32,000 nucleotides of DNA from Wolbachia endosymbiont of Onchocerca ochengi. Lineage in GTDB: Bacteria > Pseudomonadota > Alphaproteobacteria > Rickettsiales > Anaplasmataceae. Location of the stretch: NCBI RefSeq assembly GCF_000306885.1, contig NC_018267.1:300001-332000 (forward strand), read 5' to 3'. The position numbers and the translations under genes were made by a program. The notes below the pieces were generated by a model that did no database searches, had not been told where the DNA came from, and saw only the letters and a program-made list of their open reading frames with translations. This document shows, piece by piece, positions 19,070 through 29,383 of the stretch (the first letter of the stretch is position 1; every line of letters starts with the position of its first letter).

Positions 19070-19860
19070 GATTGAAAAATTAGAAGTTAAAAATAGAATG
19101 CTAAAACATATATGAGAAATTGGAGGAGAACAAATTTGATAATCAATATATATGGTCTTCCGATATATCTGATTTAACAGATGATCAAAAGGAGTTGAGT
19201 AAGAAATTACTAGGAATTTTCAGAAATCCAAAGATCTTGCCTACAGAGATCACGAAGGCCACATTTTAAAAACTGAATAATTCTTTATGTGAGAACAAAA
19301 ATAATTAAGATCTGTAAAATTCTTAAATTTTAAAGAGAAGAATCTAAGTTAATAATATTATATGTAATACCAGGTATAGATTAGTTTATGAAGTAAGAGA
19401 ATGTACAAGTTCACCTATAGGAACATGTGCTAATCCTAACATATAGGAAGAGATTGATACAGAAAAACACCTTTGCGTCATGCTGCTCGTTCCGGTTGTG
19501 ATAATATTATAGATTACTCTTCTAAGTAAAGAATTTTTAATACATCTGACAGAAACAGGAAAATTTACTAGATGTTATAAATTCACCAACCATAACTACT
19601 ATACGCTGAAGTGCACTTTTCAAGTAAGGAACAAGAGAATTTAATGGAAGAATTATATAATACATTAACAGATTCTAATAAATTGAAAGAGTTGTTGAAC
19701 AAACATAAGAATAATCAGGATCCTAAAAAAGGGTTTAGCTCTTTAGAGGATAAAGAAAAATCAAAGGTTCATCAACATTCTATAGAAGTTTTGTGCAATA
19801 ATCGAACCATTTGCAAAAGAACAGAGAGCTTATTATTAGATGTTGGATCAACATAATAAA
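19070..19860 (+). pseudogene. degraded ORF(s), possibly an ankyrin-repeat protein remnant
   Basis: Coding-like fragments in shifting frames: NQYIWSSDISDLTDDQKELSKKLLGIFRNPKILPTEITKATF; TPLRHAARSGCDNIIDY (about 19467-19518, ankyrin-like helix-turn-helix); EQENLMEELYNTLTDSNKLKELLNKHKNNQDPKKGFSSLEDKEK. Confidence 0.4.
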
Positions 19861-21908
19861 AAGGATTAGATAAAAGAGATTATTCACTAAATTTGAAGTT
19901 CTGTAGACTAATTTAGTACTAAACCAAGAGAAAAGACTGAAGAGAAGTATTTAGGTAAAATGAATAAAGTCAAAATATAAATAAAATTAGAATAGATTAT
20001 AATCAAAACTATAGAATATAGAACAAGATTTAATTTTTCTAACTTATGACCATTTACATGAAGTAGTATACAAAAGTAGATATAACTTCATGGATTATGT
20101 AGTAAAAAACAAAAAAAATTAGCAAATTCAAATCAGAAAAAAATCCTAAAATTATTAATATATAATATATAAATTAGTACTAAGAGGAGTAATCTTTTAT
20201 GGATTAAATAGTATAAATGTAATCAATGAACTAGAATTAAAGTTCAAGGGCAACAAAGACAATATGAAGAAAGTTCATTCAGAGTATATGAATTACATTA
20301 AAGAGTTTGCAAAAGCTATAAAAATGTAGTTACTGCAGGGATAAAAAATGCATAATATGATATTTTACTATCTACTCAGGAATACTCATGAGAGGTAGTA
20401 CAATACATGTTATAAAGATTATTAATGGAGTAAAAAAGATCAACTCAAGAAGAAACATAACCATAGTAGAAGCATAATAAAGATAGACAAGAGTAAAATA
20501 GAAATTACAATAGCAGTGCATAAGCCACTATACTGACCTTATACAAATGGTAATAATATAACATTAACTTCCTCCTCTACCCTAATTTAAGAAATGAAAG
20601 ACAAAATTATATCCCAGTAGATTAAATAAAGACCAAATAATAGTAGAAGTAAAAAATCAAGAAAAACTAAAAAATTAGAAGATAGGAAAATTACACTAAC
20701 CTTCTGAAAAAATTATTCTACCTAAACAGGCTTCAAAAAAGTCAAAGCAATAGTGAAAGTTTAAATTTTACTAATAGTGAGCCTTGTGTAAAGCAATACA
20801 TCCGCTACAGAAAAGGTAAGCCAGTAGTGAGGCTAAAGTACTGTTAAGGTAAATCCAAAGTTACTTAAAGTAAAGCTTTTAGTAAGTCTTTAAAGACAGA
20901 ACATTATATTCCATTTAAAGCAAAACATACACCTAATGTTCTATCAAGCAGTCTTCTTACTCATTTGAAAACTTTTATTTGTGAGTGTGCTAACATAATT
21001 TTTTTGTGCCACAGTAAAAATATTACTTGATTTCAGGTTTTTTAAGGTGTTGTATTAAATAGTAGCGCAACAAAGCCTAATAATATATTAGCTACATCAG
21101 TAGGCAAAGTATCAAAACGTTAGAAAATATAAAAGCTATATTATCAACATAGCCAAAACTAGTAAATACAATAATAACATCAAAAAAAGTAAGTAAAAGT
21201 AGAATTAACAACGTTACTACCATTCAGAAAAGTGATATGAAAAGCAACAACAAGGTTAAAAGAAAAAAGTAGTAAAATTTATTAATTGAGTAGAAAAGTT
21301 GTCACAAGAAAAAGATAAAGAAATTCAATAGTTATATAAGAAAGCAGAACTAAATATCATATACCAGAAAAATTAAAAAATTCTAAAACAAAAAGACAAA
21401 ATTAATAAGTAAAGTTGCAAGGCAATATTAAACAACCATTAGTAAAGTAATTTAAATCAGATAAATAAGCACACAAAATCGATAAGAAAATAAATCTTAT
21501 AGATTAATGCGCGAAAATGCTAATCTTACAAAAGTAAAAAAAAACAAAAAATTTACTGAAAAGATGATCTACTAAAAGAACATTAACACTGTACATTGCT
21601 ATTATTTGTGCTGGTCTTGCTAGCAAGTTGACACAATTAGTACTTTGTGTTCAATTTCACAACTAGGTTAGCTATCTTAGGCAATAATTAGTGTAGCGAT
21701 AACATCTCTGCATTGACAGTTGTAGTATTATATACTAACATTAAAACTTAGTACTTAATTGAATAAAGCAAAAAAAGGATAAGCACAAACAGAAACTTAG
21801 ATCAGTTAAAAATAGGAAGAAAAAGGAGTTTTTTCGGATAAAGTCATTTACCTATTTATATTTATCTTTCTTTATCTTCGCGCTTTTTTGTTGCTTTTGT
21901 AAACCCAC

Positions 21909-22962
21909 TTACTTCTGTAAATAGGTAAAACTAGAATACTGATTTTCTAAAAGTTGCTCGCTTTCCTCTTTTACTATAACAGAGTCACCCTAAATTTCTA
22001 AATAAATCCCTGATTTTGATTTCTATTTCATTTACAACTCCTTTATTCATTTTGAGGTAATTTTTACATTTCCCTTCCTTTGTCCAAGGCACGTATTATT
22101 GTATGAATAATAAGTACCAGTTTTTTGAACACACTAAGTTTCACTCCTACATCTAGTATTTCCCTAAGTCTTGATATGCTATCATCATATATTATGTAAA
22201 ATTTTGCTTCTCTAAATAGAGGAGCAACTTTATCTTTATAATTTTAACTCTCGTTTCCTACTGTAACATTTTCCTTATCCCTTATTACACCAACCTTCCT
22301 GATATCAAGCATTACAGAAGATAAAACTTCAATACATTTCCGCCTATGGTAGTTTCATGATTCCCATACACTACTCCTATTTTCATATAAATTTGATTAA
22401 TAAATATTAATATGCGGTTTACTTTTGAAACTGCAGAGGTAAATTTTTGCAGACCATAACTTTAAAACTCTTGTTTGTAGCCCCATACGTTAATCACCAA
22501 TATCTCTTTTAATTTCACTTCTTAAAGTAAATGCTGCAACAGAACACACCAAACATTCAACAACATATAGAGCTTGTTCTCCAGTTTTTAGTTATAAAAT
22601 CACTAAACTACCAGCGTTTATTCCAAGTTTACGAGCATATATGACATTCAAATACATGATCATGATACATGCTTCGCATCAATAAACTTACATAACCCTC
22701 CTTTCTTCTTGAATCCAGCAATTACATGCAAAGCAAGAGTGGCCTTACCGGAACTCTTAGAACAAAGTATCTCAATTATACTTCCCTTTAGTAAACCTAA
22801 TACCAAAGAGCTAAATCAAGTGAAATTGATCCTATATAACACTGATCTATTTCCTCCACAAGGTTTTGCTTCAGTTTCATTATTACACCCCTACTAAATA
22901 CTTTTTCAATTTGACTTATCGTATTGTCTAATACTCTTCGCTTATCATTATTTCTTTCTCAT
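21909..22962 (-). pseudogene. recA: recA pseudogene (full-length outline, multiply frameshifted, Walker B segment deleted)
   Basis: Ordered RecA-like fragments: [31 protein letters not shown]; GSISLDLAL; [45 protein letters not shown]; YARKLGI; TGEQALYVVECLVC^SVAAFTLRSEIKRDIGD*RMGLQTRV; [36 protein letters not shown]; [19 protein letters not shown]; ETRVKI; [20 protein letters not shown]; TGTYYSYNN; GDSVIVKEESEQLLENQYSSFTYLQK*. Confidence 0.95.
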
Positions 22963-23119
22963 GAGTCGCTTATCATAGAACATTTATTAATTTATATAAT
23001 TCCTATACTAATTAAATAGTAATGATCTACCAAGGGTTTTTTAATAACGAAAAAACATTATTATAGAAAAATTAGCTACCTTAAATTATATTAAAATAGA
23101 AAATCAGATAGACTTTATA

Positions 23120-23857
23120 GTGCGATACAAAATAACAACAGAATACAACGGTAGCAGTTTTTCTGGCTGGCAGAAACAACAGCACTCTTCTAACTCAATT
23201 CAGGAAACCATAGAAAACGCAATATTTAATTTCAGCGGCGAAAAAATCACCTTACATTGCGGTGGAAGAACTGATGCAGGAGTTCATGCTTTAGAGCAAG
23301 TTGCTCATTTTGATATGGAAAGAGAATTCAAGCTCCATAGAATAAGGACTGCAATAAATTATCATCTGAAATCAGTTCCTGTAGTTGTTCTTAATGTAGA
23401 AACTGTAAATGATGCATTTCACTCACGATTTTCAGCAAAAAAAAGACATTATGAGTACAGAATAATTAATCGCTATGCCCCTGCAGCTTTAGAAGCTGGT
23501 TATGTGTGGCAAGTGTTTAATCCACTCGACGTAGACATTATGCGTAAGGCCGCTAAACACCTGCTCGGAAAGCATAACCTTTCAAGTTTTCGCTCAAAAG
23601 ATTGTCAAGCCAAAAATCCGATAAGAACAATTGATGATATCGAGATAATCCAAAATGGAAGTCATATATACATTAAAATATCTGCTATTTCCTTCTTACA
23701 TAAACAAGTGAGGATCATTGTCGGCACTTTAGTCGAATTTGGGAAAAATAAAACTAATCCACAAGAAATGTTAAATATATTAAACCAACACAAAAGAAAA
23801 GCTGCTGGCGTTACTGCACCGCCTTGCGGTTTATACTTGGTGAAGATAGATTACTAG
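23120..23857 (+). CDS. truA: tRNA pseudouridine(38-40) synthase TruA (GTG start)
   Basis: 245-aa ORF with YNGSSFSGWQ, CGGRTDAGVHALEQVAHFD and FLHKQVRIIVGTLVE. Confidence 0.96.
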   Translation: MRYKITTEYNGSSFSGWQKQQHSSNSIQETIENAIFNFSGEKITLHCGGRTDAGVHALEQVAHFDMEREFKLHRIRTAINYHLKSVPVVVLNVETVNDAFHSRFSAKKRHYEYRIINRYAPAALEAGYVWQVFNPLDVDIMRKAAKHLLGKHNLSSFRSKDCQAKNPIRTIDDIEIIQNGSHIYIKISAISFLHKQVRIIVGTLVEFGKNKTNPQEMLNILNQHKRKAAGVTAPPCGLYLVKIDY

Positions 23858-23858
23858 C

Positions 23859-25028
23859 TTAAGTCCTTATTGGCATTACTATATATAATGCACTTGGATC
23901 ATTTTCATCAGTAATAATTGCAGCATTGTTACCATCAGCTAAGCTAAATTTACATTTATTTTTTATACAAGATAAAGCATCAAGCAAATAACGCGAATTA
24001 AACCCTATTTCTACAGGGGTTCCATTATAATCTACCTCTATAGATTCAGTTGCATCACTACATTCTTGAGAATTTGAGTGCAACGTTAATAGTTTTTCTT
24101 GTAACAAGAATTTAATAAACTTTATTTTATCAGATACGACAACAGAAATTCGATCTATGACACTAGCTAACCTACTGCTTTCAACGATCATTTGTTTATC
24201 TTGAGATGCCGGAATAACAGCCTTATAATCTGGAAAAGTTCCATCTATCAATTTTGATATTAGAATATACTCACCACACGTAAATTTAATTTTTCTATCT
24301 GAAAGCTTTATGTTAACTTCATTGCAATCATCTAATACTTTCAGCAGCTCCATAACAGCCTTACGTGGAATGATTACACCAAGTTCACTATTAATATTTT
24401 CAGGTTTTGGTTTTCTCACACATGACAATCGATGCCCATCAGTTCCAACACAGCATAGAAACTGTTTATCTGTATGCAGATATACTCCATTTAAATTGTA
24501 CCTTGTATCATCTAGTGATACTGCAAACTTTGTTTTAGTTAATAGATCTACTAGATCCGTATTTAGTAAAGTAAAATCATGTTTATGACTGCCTTCCTCA
24601 AGGATAGGAAAGTTGTTTGAAATTATATTCGGTAAGGAAAAGTTTGCATTTCCACAAGATATCAATAATTTCTCCTGATCATTCATTTCAAAATGAACAT
24701 CTAAATTAGATGGTAGCTTTTTTACTATATTATGTAAAGTATGCGCTGAGATTTTTACTTCTCCTTCCGTTAACACATCTGCAGCAAGTGAGGCAAATAT
24801 TGAAATATCAAGATCAGTGGCCTTTAATTTTATGCTGCTATGTTGCGCTTTGATATTTATACACGCCAAAACATCTATTGCATTGCGCTTTTCAACTACT
24901 CCACTCATTCTGGATAACGTATTTAAAAGGTCTGTACGACCCACGCTAAAACGTATTTGCCCACAGACAAAACTCTGCTCTTTGATTTCTACATTTATAC
25001 CTGCAACCTCTGACATACTAATTCCCAA
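23859..25028 (-). CDS. dnaN: DNA polymerase III beta subunit (sliding clamp)
   Basis: 389-aa ORF with LLNTLSRMSGVVEKRN, YNLNGVYLHTDKQFLCCVGTDGHRL, DGTFPDYKAVIP and terminal YIVMPIR. Confidence 0.96.
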   Translation of the reverse strand: MGISMSEVAGINVEIKEQSFVCGQIRFSVGRTDLLNTLSRMSGVVEKRNAIDVLACINIKAQHSSIKLKATDLDISIFASLAADVLTEGEVKISAHTLHNIVKKLPSNLDVHFEMNDQEKLLISCGNANFSLPNIISNNFPILEEGSHKHDFTLLNTDLVDLLTKTKFAVSLDDTRYNLNGVYLHTDKQFLCCVGTDGHRLSCVRKPKPENINSELGVIIPRKAVMELLKVLDDCNEVNIKLSDRKIKFTCGEYILISKLIDGTFPDYKAVIPASQDKQMIVESSRLASVIDRISVVVSDKIKFIKFLLQEKLLTLHSNSQECSDATESIEVDYNGTPVEIGFNSRYLLDALSCIKNKCKFSLADGNNAAIITDENDPSALYIVMPIRT

Positions 25029-25308
25029 AAATATGTTCTAAATGATATTCACATTCTACTTAAAGTAAAGTTCTATTTATCAAGACTTATGGCAAGATGG
25101 TAAACTAGAACTCTGCTACTCATTAGTAAAAAAACCTACTTTAAATGCTATATACAACTGTATGAACGTTTTTAAGTATAAAACTATGGGCGAATTTGTT
25201 ATATAACAGATTATAATATACCAAAGATAAAAGCAACGAAAACAAAATTTTGAGTTTAGAAAGGGAATTGATTTAGAATTCATAAATATTTATCTTTATA
25301 TGTAATTC

Positions 25309-25602
25309 TTGTGTGATAGGCGGTGTATGCATCCAATTATATATTTACTTAACTTGCTACTTGATCTTTACAGTCTTACTCTGATATGCTGGGTTATCTT
25401 GAACTGGTTGATTAAGTTTAATATAGTCAACATGTATAATGAGACCATAAACAGCATGATGCAAACCTTAAACCGATTCACCCACACACCATTAAAGATT
25501 ATCAGAAGATACATACGGCCGTTTAACGGATTAGATTTATCTGTAATGATATTGCTGTTAACAATTCACTTTGTAAAATATACAATAAATTACTACTTTT
25601 AA
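25309..25602 (+). CDS. YggT family membrane protein
   Basis: 97-aa ORF with YLLNLLLDLYSLTLICWVILNWL and FTHTPLKIIRRYIRPFNGLDLSVMILLLTI, typical of YggT. The start may be the internal Met at 25327. Confidence 0.8.
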   Translation: MCDRRCMHPIIYLLNLLLDLYSLTLICWVILNWLIKFNIVNMYNETINSMMQTLNRFTHTPLKIIRRYIRPFNGLDLSVMILLLTIHFVKYTINYYF

Positions 25603-25606
25603 GTAG

Positions 25607-27730
25607 ATGCTAAAAAAATGCCTGAAGTCAGTAATATATCTATTGTTGCTAATATATATATATATATCAGTTCTTAGCTATAATTATAAAGACTCATCTT
25701 TAAACACAGTCACAGATGAAGGAGTAACAAATTTGGGTGGGGTAGTGGGTTCATATTCAGCTGATATACTAGTTCAATTTCTTGGATTAGCTAGTATTAC
25801 AGTAGTTACAACTGTAGTTTATTTTTTGCTCTTCAGGCCATCAAAAAAGTTATCAAAAATTCTCTACTTAACATTAATCAACCTAGGAATATGCGCTACA
25901 TTATCACAACTTTCACTCAGCATTACTGCAAAGTACATGCACAGTGGGATAGTGGGAAATGCTTTAATTAGTAGTTGTCCGTTTTATATATTTACAATAA
26001 CAGCATCAATAGGTATAATAGGGTTAATTGGCTGGAAGAGAATGACTAACTTTTTACTCTTCTTATATAAAAAAGTAGCATATCTCTCTGCAAAGGTTTT
26101 ATTTTTCAGATTACATAAAACTATTGAATATTTAATTACTCCATCAGTAATAGAAGAAAAACACAGATCTCAAATTACTGCTAAACAACAACTAAAAGGA
26201 AGACAGAACAAAGCCACCAAAAAGATTTTTATACCTCTCAGTAAATTTGAATTTCCAAGTGTTCATTTACTTTCCAAAGCAGAGAAATCTTTACAGAGAA
26301 ATCAGCTGAATGAAACGGAGAGCAATAAGAACTTATCTTTATTGAAACAAGTTCTTAATGATTTTGGTGTACAAGGAAAAATTATCAATGTGTGTTATGG
26401 ACCGGTTATAACTTTATATAAACTTGAACCACGAGCTGGTACAAAATCTGCAAGAGTAATTGGTCTTGCAGATGATATTGCACGTTCAATGAGTGCAGTC
26501 TCTGCACGAATTTCAATAGTTCGTGGACAAAATGCCATGGGAATAGAATTACCAAACAAGAAACGAGAGATTGTAATGCTACGTGACTTACTTGAATCGC
26601 CAGAGTATCAAAATACAAACTTAAATCTTCCAATTGCACTCGGTAAAGAAATAAGCGGGAAACCAATTATTGTCGATTTAGCAAAAATGCCACACTTGCT
26701 TATTGCTGGAACCACAGGATCAGGTAAGTCAGTTGCGATTAATACTATGGTTCTTTCACTCGTTTATCGATTAAATCCTAATGAGTGTAAGATGATAATG
26801 ATTGACCCTAAAATGCTTGAACTTTCAATATACGATAAAATACCGCATCTAATAACACCAGTAGTAACAGAGCCAAAAAAAGCTGTGATTGCTCTTAAGT
26901 GGATAATAAAAGAAATGGAAAATCGCTATCTCATGATGTCATATTTAAGCGTGCGCAATATAATAAGCTATAACAAAAAGATTACAGAAGCAATGAATAG
27001 TGGAACAGAACTAGAGCGTGTTGTACAAATTGGCTTCAACTCAACAACAGGTAAGCCTCTATTTGAAAAAATGCCGATTAAAATAGAAACATTTCCATAC
27101 ATTGTAGTGATTGTAGATGAAATGGCAGACTTAATGCTTATTGCTGGTAAGGATATAGAACGCTCTATTCAACGCTTAGCTCAGATGGCTCGTGCTGCAG
27201 GAATACATATTATAATGGCAACACAACGTCCATCTGTAGATGTAATAACAGGTGTGATAAAAGCAAACTTTCCAACGAGAATCAGTTTTGCTGTTACCTC
27301 TAAAATAGATAGCCGTACAATACTTGGTGAACAAGGAGCTGAACAATTGCTCGGTATGGGTGATATGCTTTATATGGCCTCTGGTGGTAAGATTATTCGA
27401 GTTCACGGTCCATTTGTAAGCGATGATGAAGTGCAAAATATAGTCAATCATCTAAAAAAGCAAGGTGAACCAAGTTACATGGAGGAAATCATAAAAGAAG
27501 ATGAAAATTCTTCTGCAGAATTTAATGGTGAAACAGATAATGAAGAAAATGACCTATACAAACAAGCAGTGGCTATCATCCAGAGGAATCGAAAAGTCTC
27601 AACTAGTTACATTCAGAGACAGCTTAAAATAGGATATAATAGAGCTGCAAGTATTGTTGAAAGAATGGAAAAAGAGGGCGTTGTCAGCGCTCCAAATTAC
27701 TCAGGAAAAAGAGAAATATTAACAGAATGA
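25607..27730 (+). CDS. ftsK: DNA translocase FtsK
   Basis: 707-aa ORF with N-terminal TM segments, LLIAGTTGSGKSVAINTMVLSLVYR, MIDPKMLELSIYD, DEMADLMLIAGKDIE, ATQRPSVDVITGVIKANFPTRISF and C-terminal gamma winged helix (VSTSYIQRQLKIGYNRAASIVERME). Confidence 0.97.
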   Translation: MLKKCLKSVIYLLLLIYIYISVLSYNYKDSSLNTVTDEGVTNLGGVVGSYSADILVQFLGLASITVVTTVVYFLLFRPSKKLSKILYLTLINLGICATLSQLSLSITAKYMHSGIVGNALISSCPFYIFTITASIGIIGLIGWKRMTNFLLFLYKKVAYLSAKVLFFRLHKTIEYLITPSVIEEKHRSQITAKQQLKGRQNKATKKIFIPLSKFEFPSVHLLSKAEKSLQRNQLNETESNKNLSLLKQVLNDFGVQGKIINVCYGPVITLYKLEPRAGTKSARVIGLADDIARSMSAVSARISIVRGQNAMGIELPNKKREIVMLRDLLESPEYQNTNLNLPIALGKEISGKPIIVDLAKMPHLLIAGTTGSGKSVAINTMVLSLVYRLNPNECKMIMIDPKMLELSIYDKIPHLITPVVTEPKKAVIALKWIIKEMENRYLMMSYLSVRNIISYNKKITEAMNSGTELERVVQIGFNSTTGKPLFEKMPIKIETFPYIVVIVDEMADLMLIAGKDIERSIQRLAQMARAAGIHIIMATQRPSVDVITGVIKANFPTRISFAVTSKIDSRTILGEQGAEQLLGMGDMLYMASGGKIIRVHGPFVSDDEVQNIVNHLKKQGEPSYMEEIIKEDENSSAEFNGETDNEENDLYKQAVAIIQRNRKVSTSYIQRQLKIGYNRAASIVERMEKEGVVSAPNYSGKREILTE

Positions 27731-27798
27731 CTCCCTTCAAACCATCCCACTATGGGACCTATAAGTAGGTGATATAATACCTAATTGAAGCAAAATAA

Positions 27799-28779
27799 AT
27801 GGGTTTGCCTACAAAAATATTTTTTAACTCGTTCATTTTTGGGTTTATTTTCTACCCTTACTTTATAAAGTTTCTAAAAAAAATTAGCAAAGGTGGACAA
27901 CCGATTAGGTCATGCGGACCAGAAAGTCATTTAATCACAAAGAGAAACACTCCTACTATAGGTGGGATAATAATACTGATTTCTACTTCATTACCAGTTT
28001 TACTTTGGACTCAATTAACGCCAGAAACTCTATTACTGGTATTTATGATTTTCTTTTTTGCTCTGATCGGATTTATTGACGATTATTTAAAATTAAAAGC
28101 ATACACCCACCAAGGTCTAAGAGCGAAAACTAAAATATTTATCCAATTTATAGTTGTTCTTGTTATTATGTTTATATTTAAGCCATATCTTGCTGAAGGT
28201 TCTACAAAAACGTTTTTATTTAGGGAAATAACAATTGACTTTGGCTATCTATATGTCCCATTCGCTACATTTGTAATTGTCGGTTCTGCTAACGCTGTAA
28301 ACCTCACAGATGGCCTCGATGGCCTTGCTGCAACTCAATCTATCACTTCTTTTGTTTCTTTGGGATTAATCGCGCACATAACTCAAGCAAGTATGAGCAT
28401 CATTTTATTCTGTATTGCTTTTATAGGAGCAATTTTAAGTTTCTTGTGGTTTAATACCCACCCAGCAAAAATATTTATGGGTGACGTTGGCAGCTTATCA
28501 ATCGGTGCAGCCTTAGGATTGATTAGTGTTCTAATTAAAAGGGAAGTGCTTTTCGCTATTATCGGAGCAATTTTTGTTATGGAAACTTTGTCTGTTATCA
28601 TTCAGATATCATACTTTAAATATACAAAGTTTAAGTATGGAAAAGGGAAAAGAATTTTTCTCATGACACCAATACACCACCATTTTGAAAAGAATGGGTG
28701 GTTAGAAAATGAAATAGTTGTAAAATTTTGGATAATTGCTATTACTTGTTCAACCTTTACTGTAGCTTTCTTGTTATAG
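27799..28779 (+). CDS. mraY: phospho-N-acetylmuramoyl-pentapeptide-transferase MraY
   Basis: 326-aa ORF with GPESHLITKRNTPTIGG, NAVNLTDGLDGLA, FMGDVGSLSIGAALG and MTPIHHHFEKNGW. Confidence 0.97.
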   Translation: MGLPTKIFFNSFIFGFIFYPYFIKFLKKISKGGQPIRSCGPESHLITKRNTPTIGGIIILISTSLPVLLWTQLTPETLLLVFMIFFFALIGFIDDYLKLKAYTHQGLRAKTKIFIQFIVVLVIMFIFKPYLAEGSTKTFLFREITIDFGYLYVPFATFVIVGSANAVNLTDGLDGLAATQSITSFVSLGLIAHITQASMSIILFCIAFIGAILSFLWFNTHPAKIFMGDVGSLSIGAALGLISVLIKREVLFAIIGAIFVMETLSVIIQISYFKYTKFKYGKGKRIFLMTPIHHHFEKNGWLENEIVVKFWIIAITCSTFTVAFLL

Positions 28780-28785
28780 AAGCTT

Positions 28786-29382
28786 ATGACATACCCAGAC
28801 TTTACATTAGAAAATGAGTTATCAGGAATAGTAGCAGGAGTAGACGAAGTTGGAAGAGGATCACTAGCTGGTCCAGTAATATCCGCAGCAGTAGTATTCA
28901 CCGACAGAAATACAATCATTAGAGGAATCAATGACTCAAAAAAATTGACTGCTAAAAGTAGGCAAGTTCTGTATGAAAAAATAACATCTACTGCAAAACT
29001 TGGTATAGGGATAGCAAGTGTGAAGGAAATAAATTCATATAATATTTTGCAAGCAACAAAACTTTCAATGCAACGTGCGTTGATGGACTTAAGATTAGAA
29101 CTAGATTACGTGCTAGTTGACGGTAACCAACCACCTAAAATAAAATGGCAAACAAAGTCTATAGTAAACGGTGATAATTTGAGTATATCGATTGCGGCAG
29201 CATCGATCATTGCAAAAATTACAAGAGATCAACTGATGCAAGAATTGCATCATCAGTACCCAGAATATAATTGGTATAAAAATAAAGGATATGGAACAAA
29301 AGAGCACATAGAAACCATCAAGATATATGGTATTACAGAACATCATAGAGAAAGCTTCATGCCCATTTTAAAACTGCGCTAA
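28786..29382 (+). CDS. rnhB: ribonuclease HII
   Basis: 198-aa ORF with VAGVDEVGRGSLAGPVISAAV, INDSKKLTAKSR and GYGTKEHIETIKIYGITEHHRESF. Confidence 0.96.
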   Translation: MTYPDFTLENELSGIVAGVDEVGRGSLAGPVISAAVVFTDRNTIIRGINDSKKLTAKSRQVLYEKITSTAKLGIGIASVKEINSYNILQATKLSMQRALMDLRLELDYVLVDGNQPPKIKWQTKSIVNGDNLSISIAAASIIAKITRDQLMQELHHQYPEYNWYKNKGYGTKEHIETIKIYGITEHHRESFMPILKLR

Positions 29383-29383
29383 A

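Noticed and set aside
22709-22897. 62-aa plus-strand ORF
   Set aside because: It is the antisense of the recA relic. The reverse-strand reading gives clear RecA motifs.
18700-23100. Search for CRISPR, IS element, prophage or retron-like structure in the largest ORF-poor gap
   Set aside because: No regularly spaced repeats, transposase or integrase motifs, terminal inverted repeats or reverse-transcriptase motifs were found by eye. The content is best explained as decayed coding sequence.
24310-25041. Plus-strand ORFs 24310-24588 and 24817-25041
   Set aside because: Antisense shadows of dnaN.
28602-28931. 109-aa minus-strand ORF spanning the mraY/rnhB junction
   Set aside because: Antisense to two well-supported genes with no family features.
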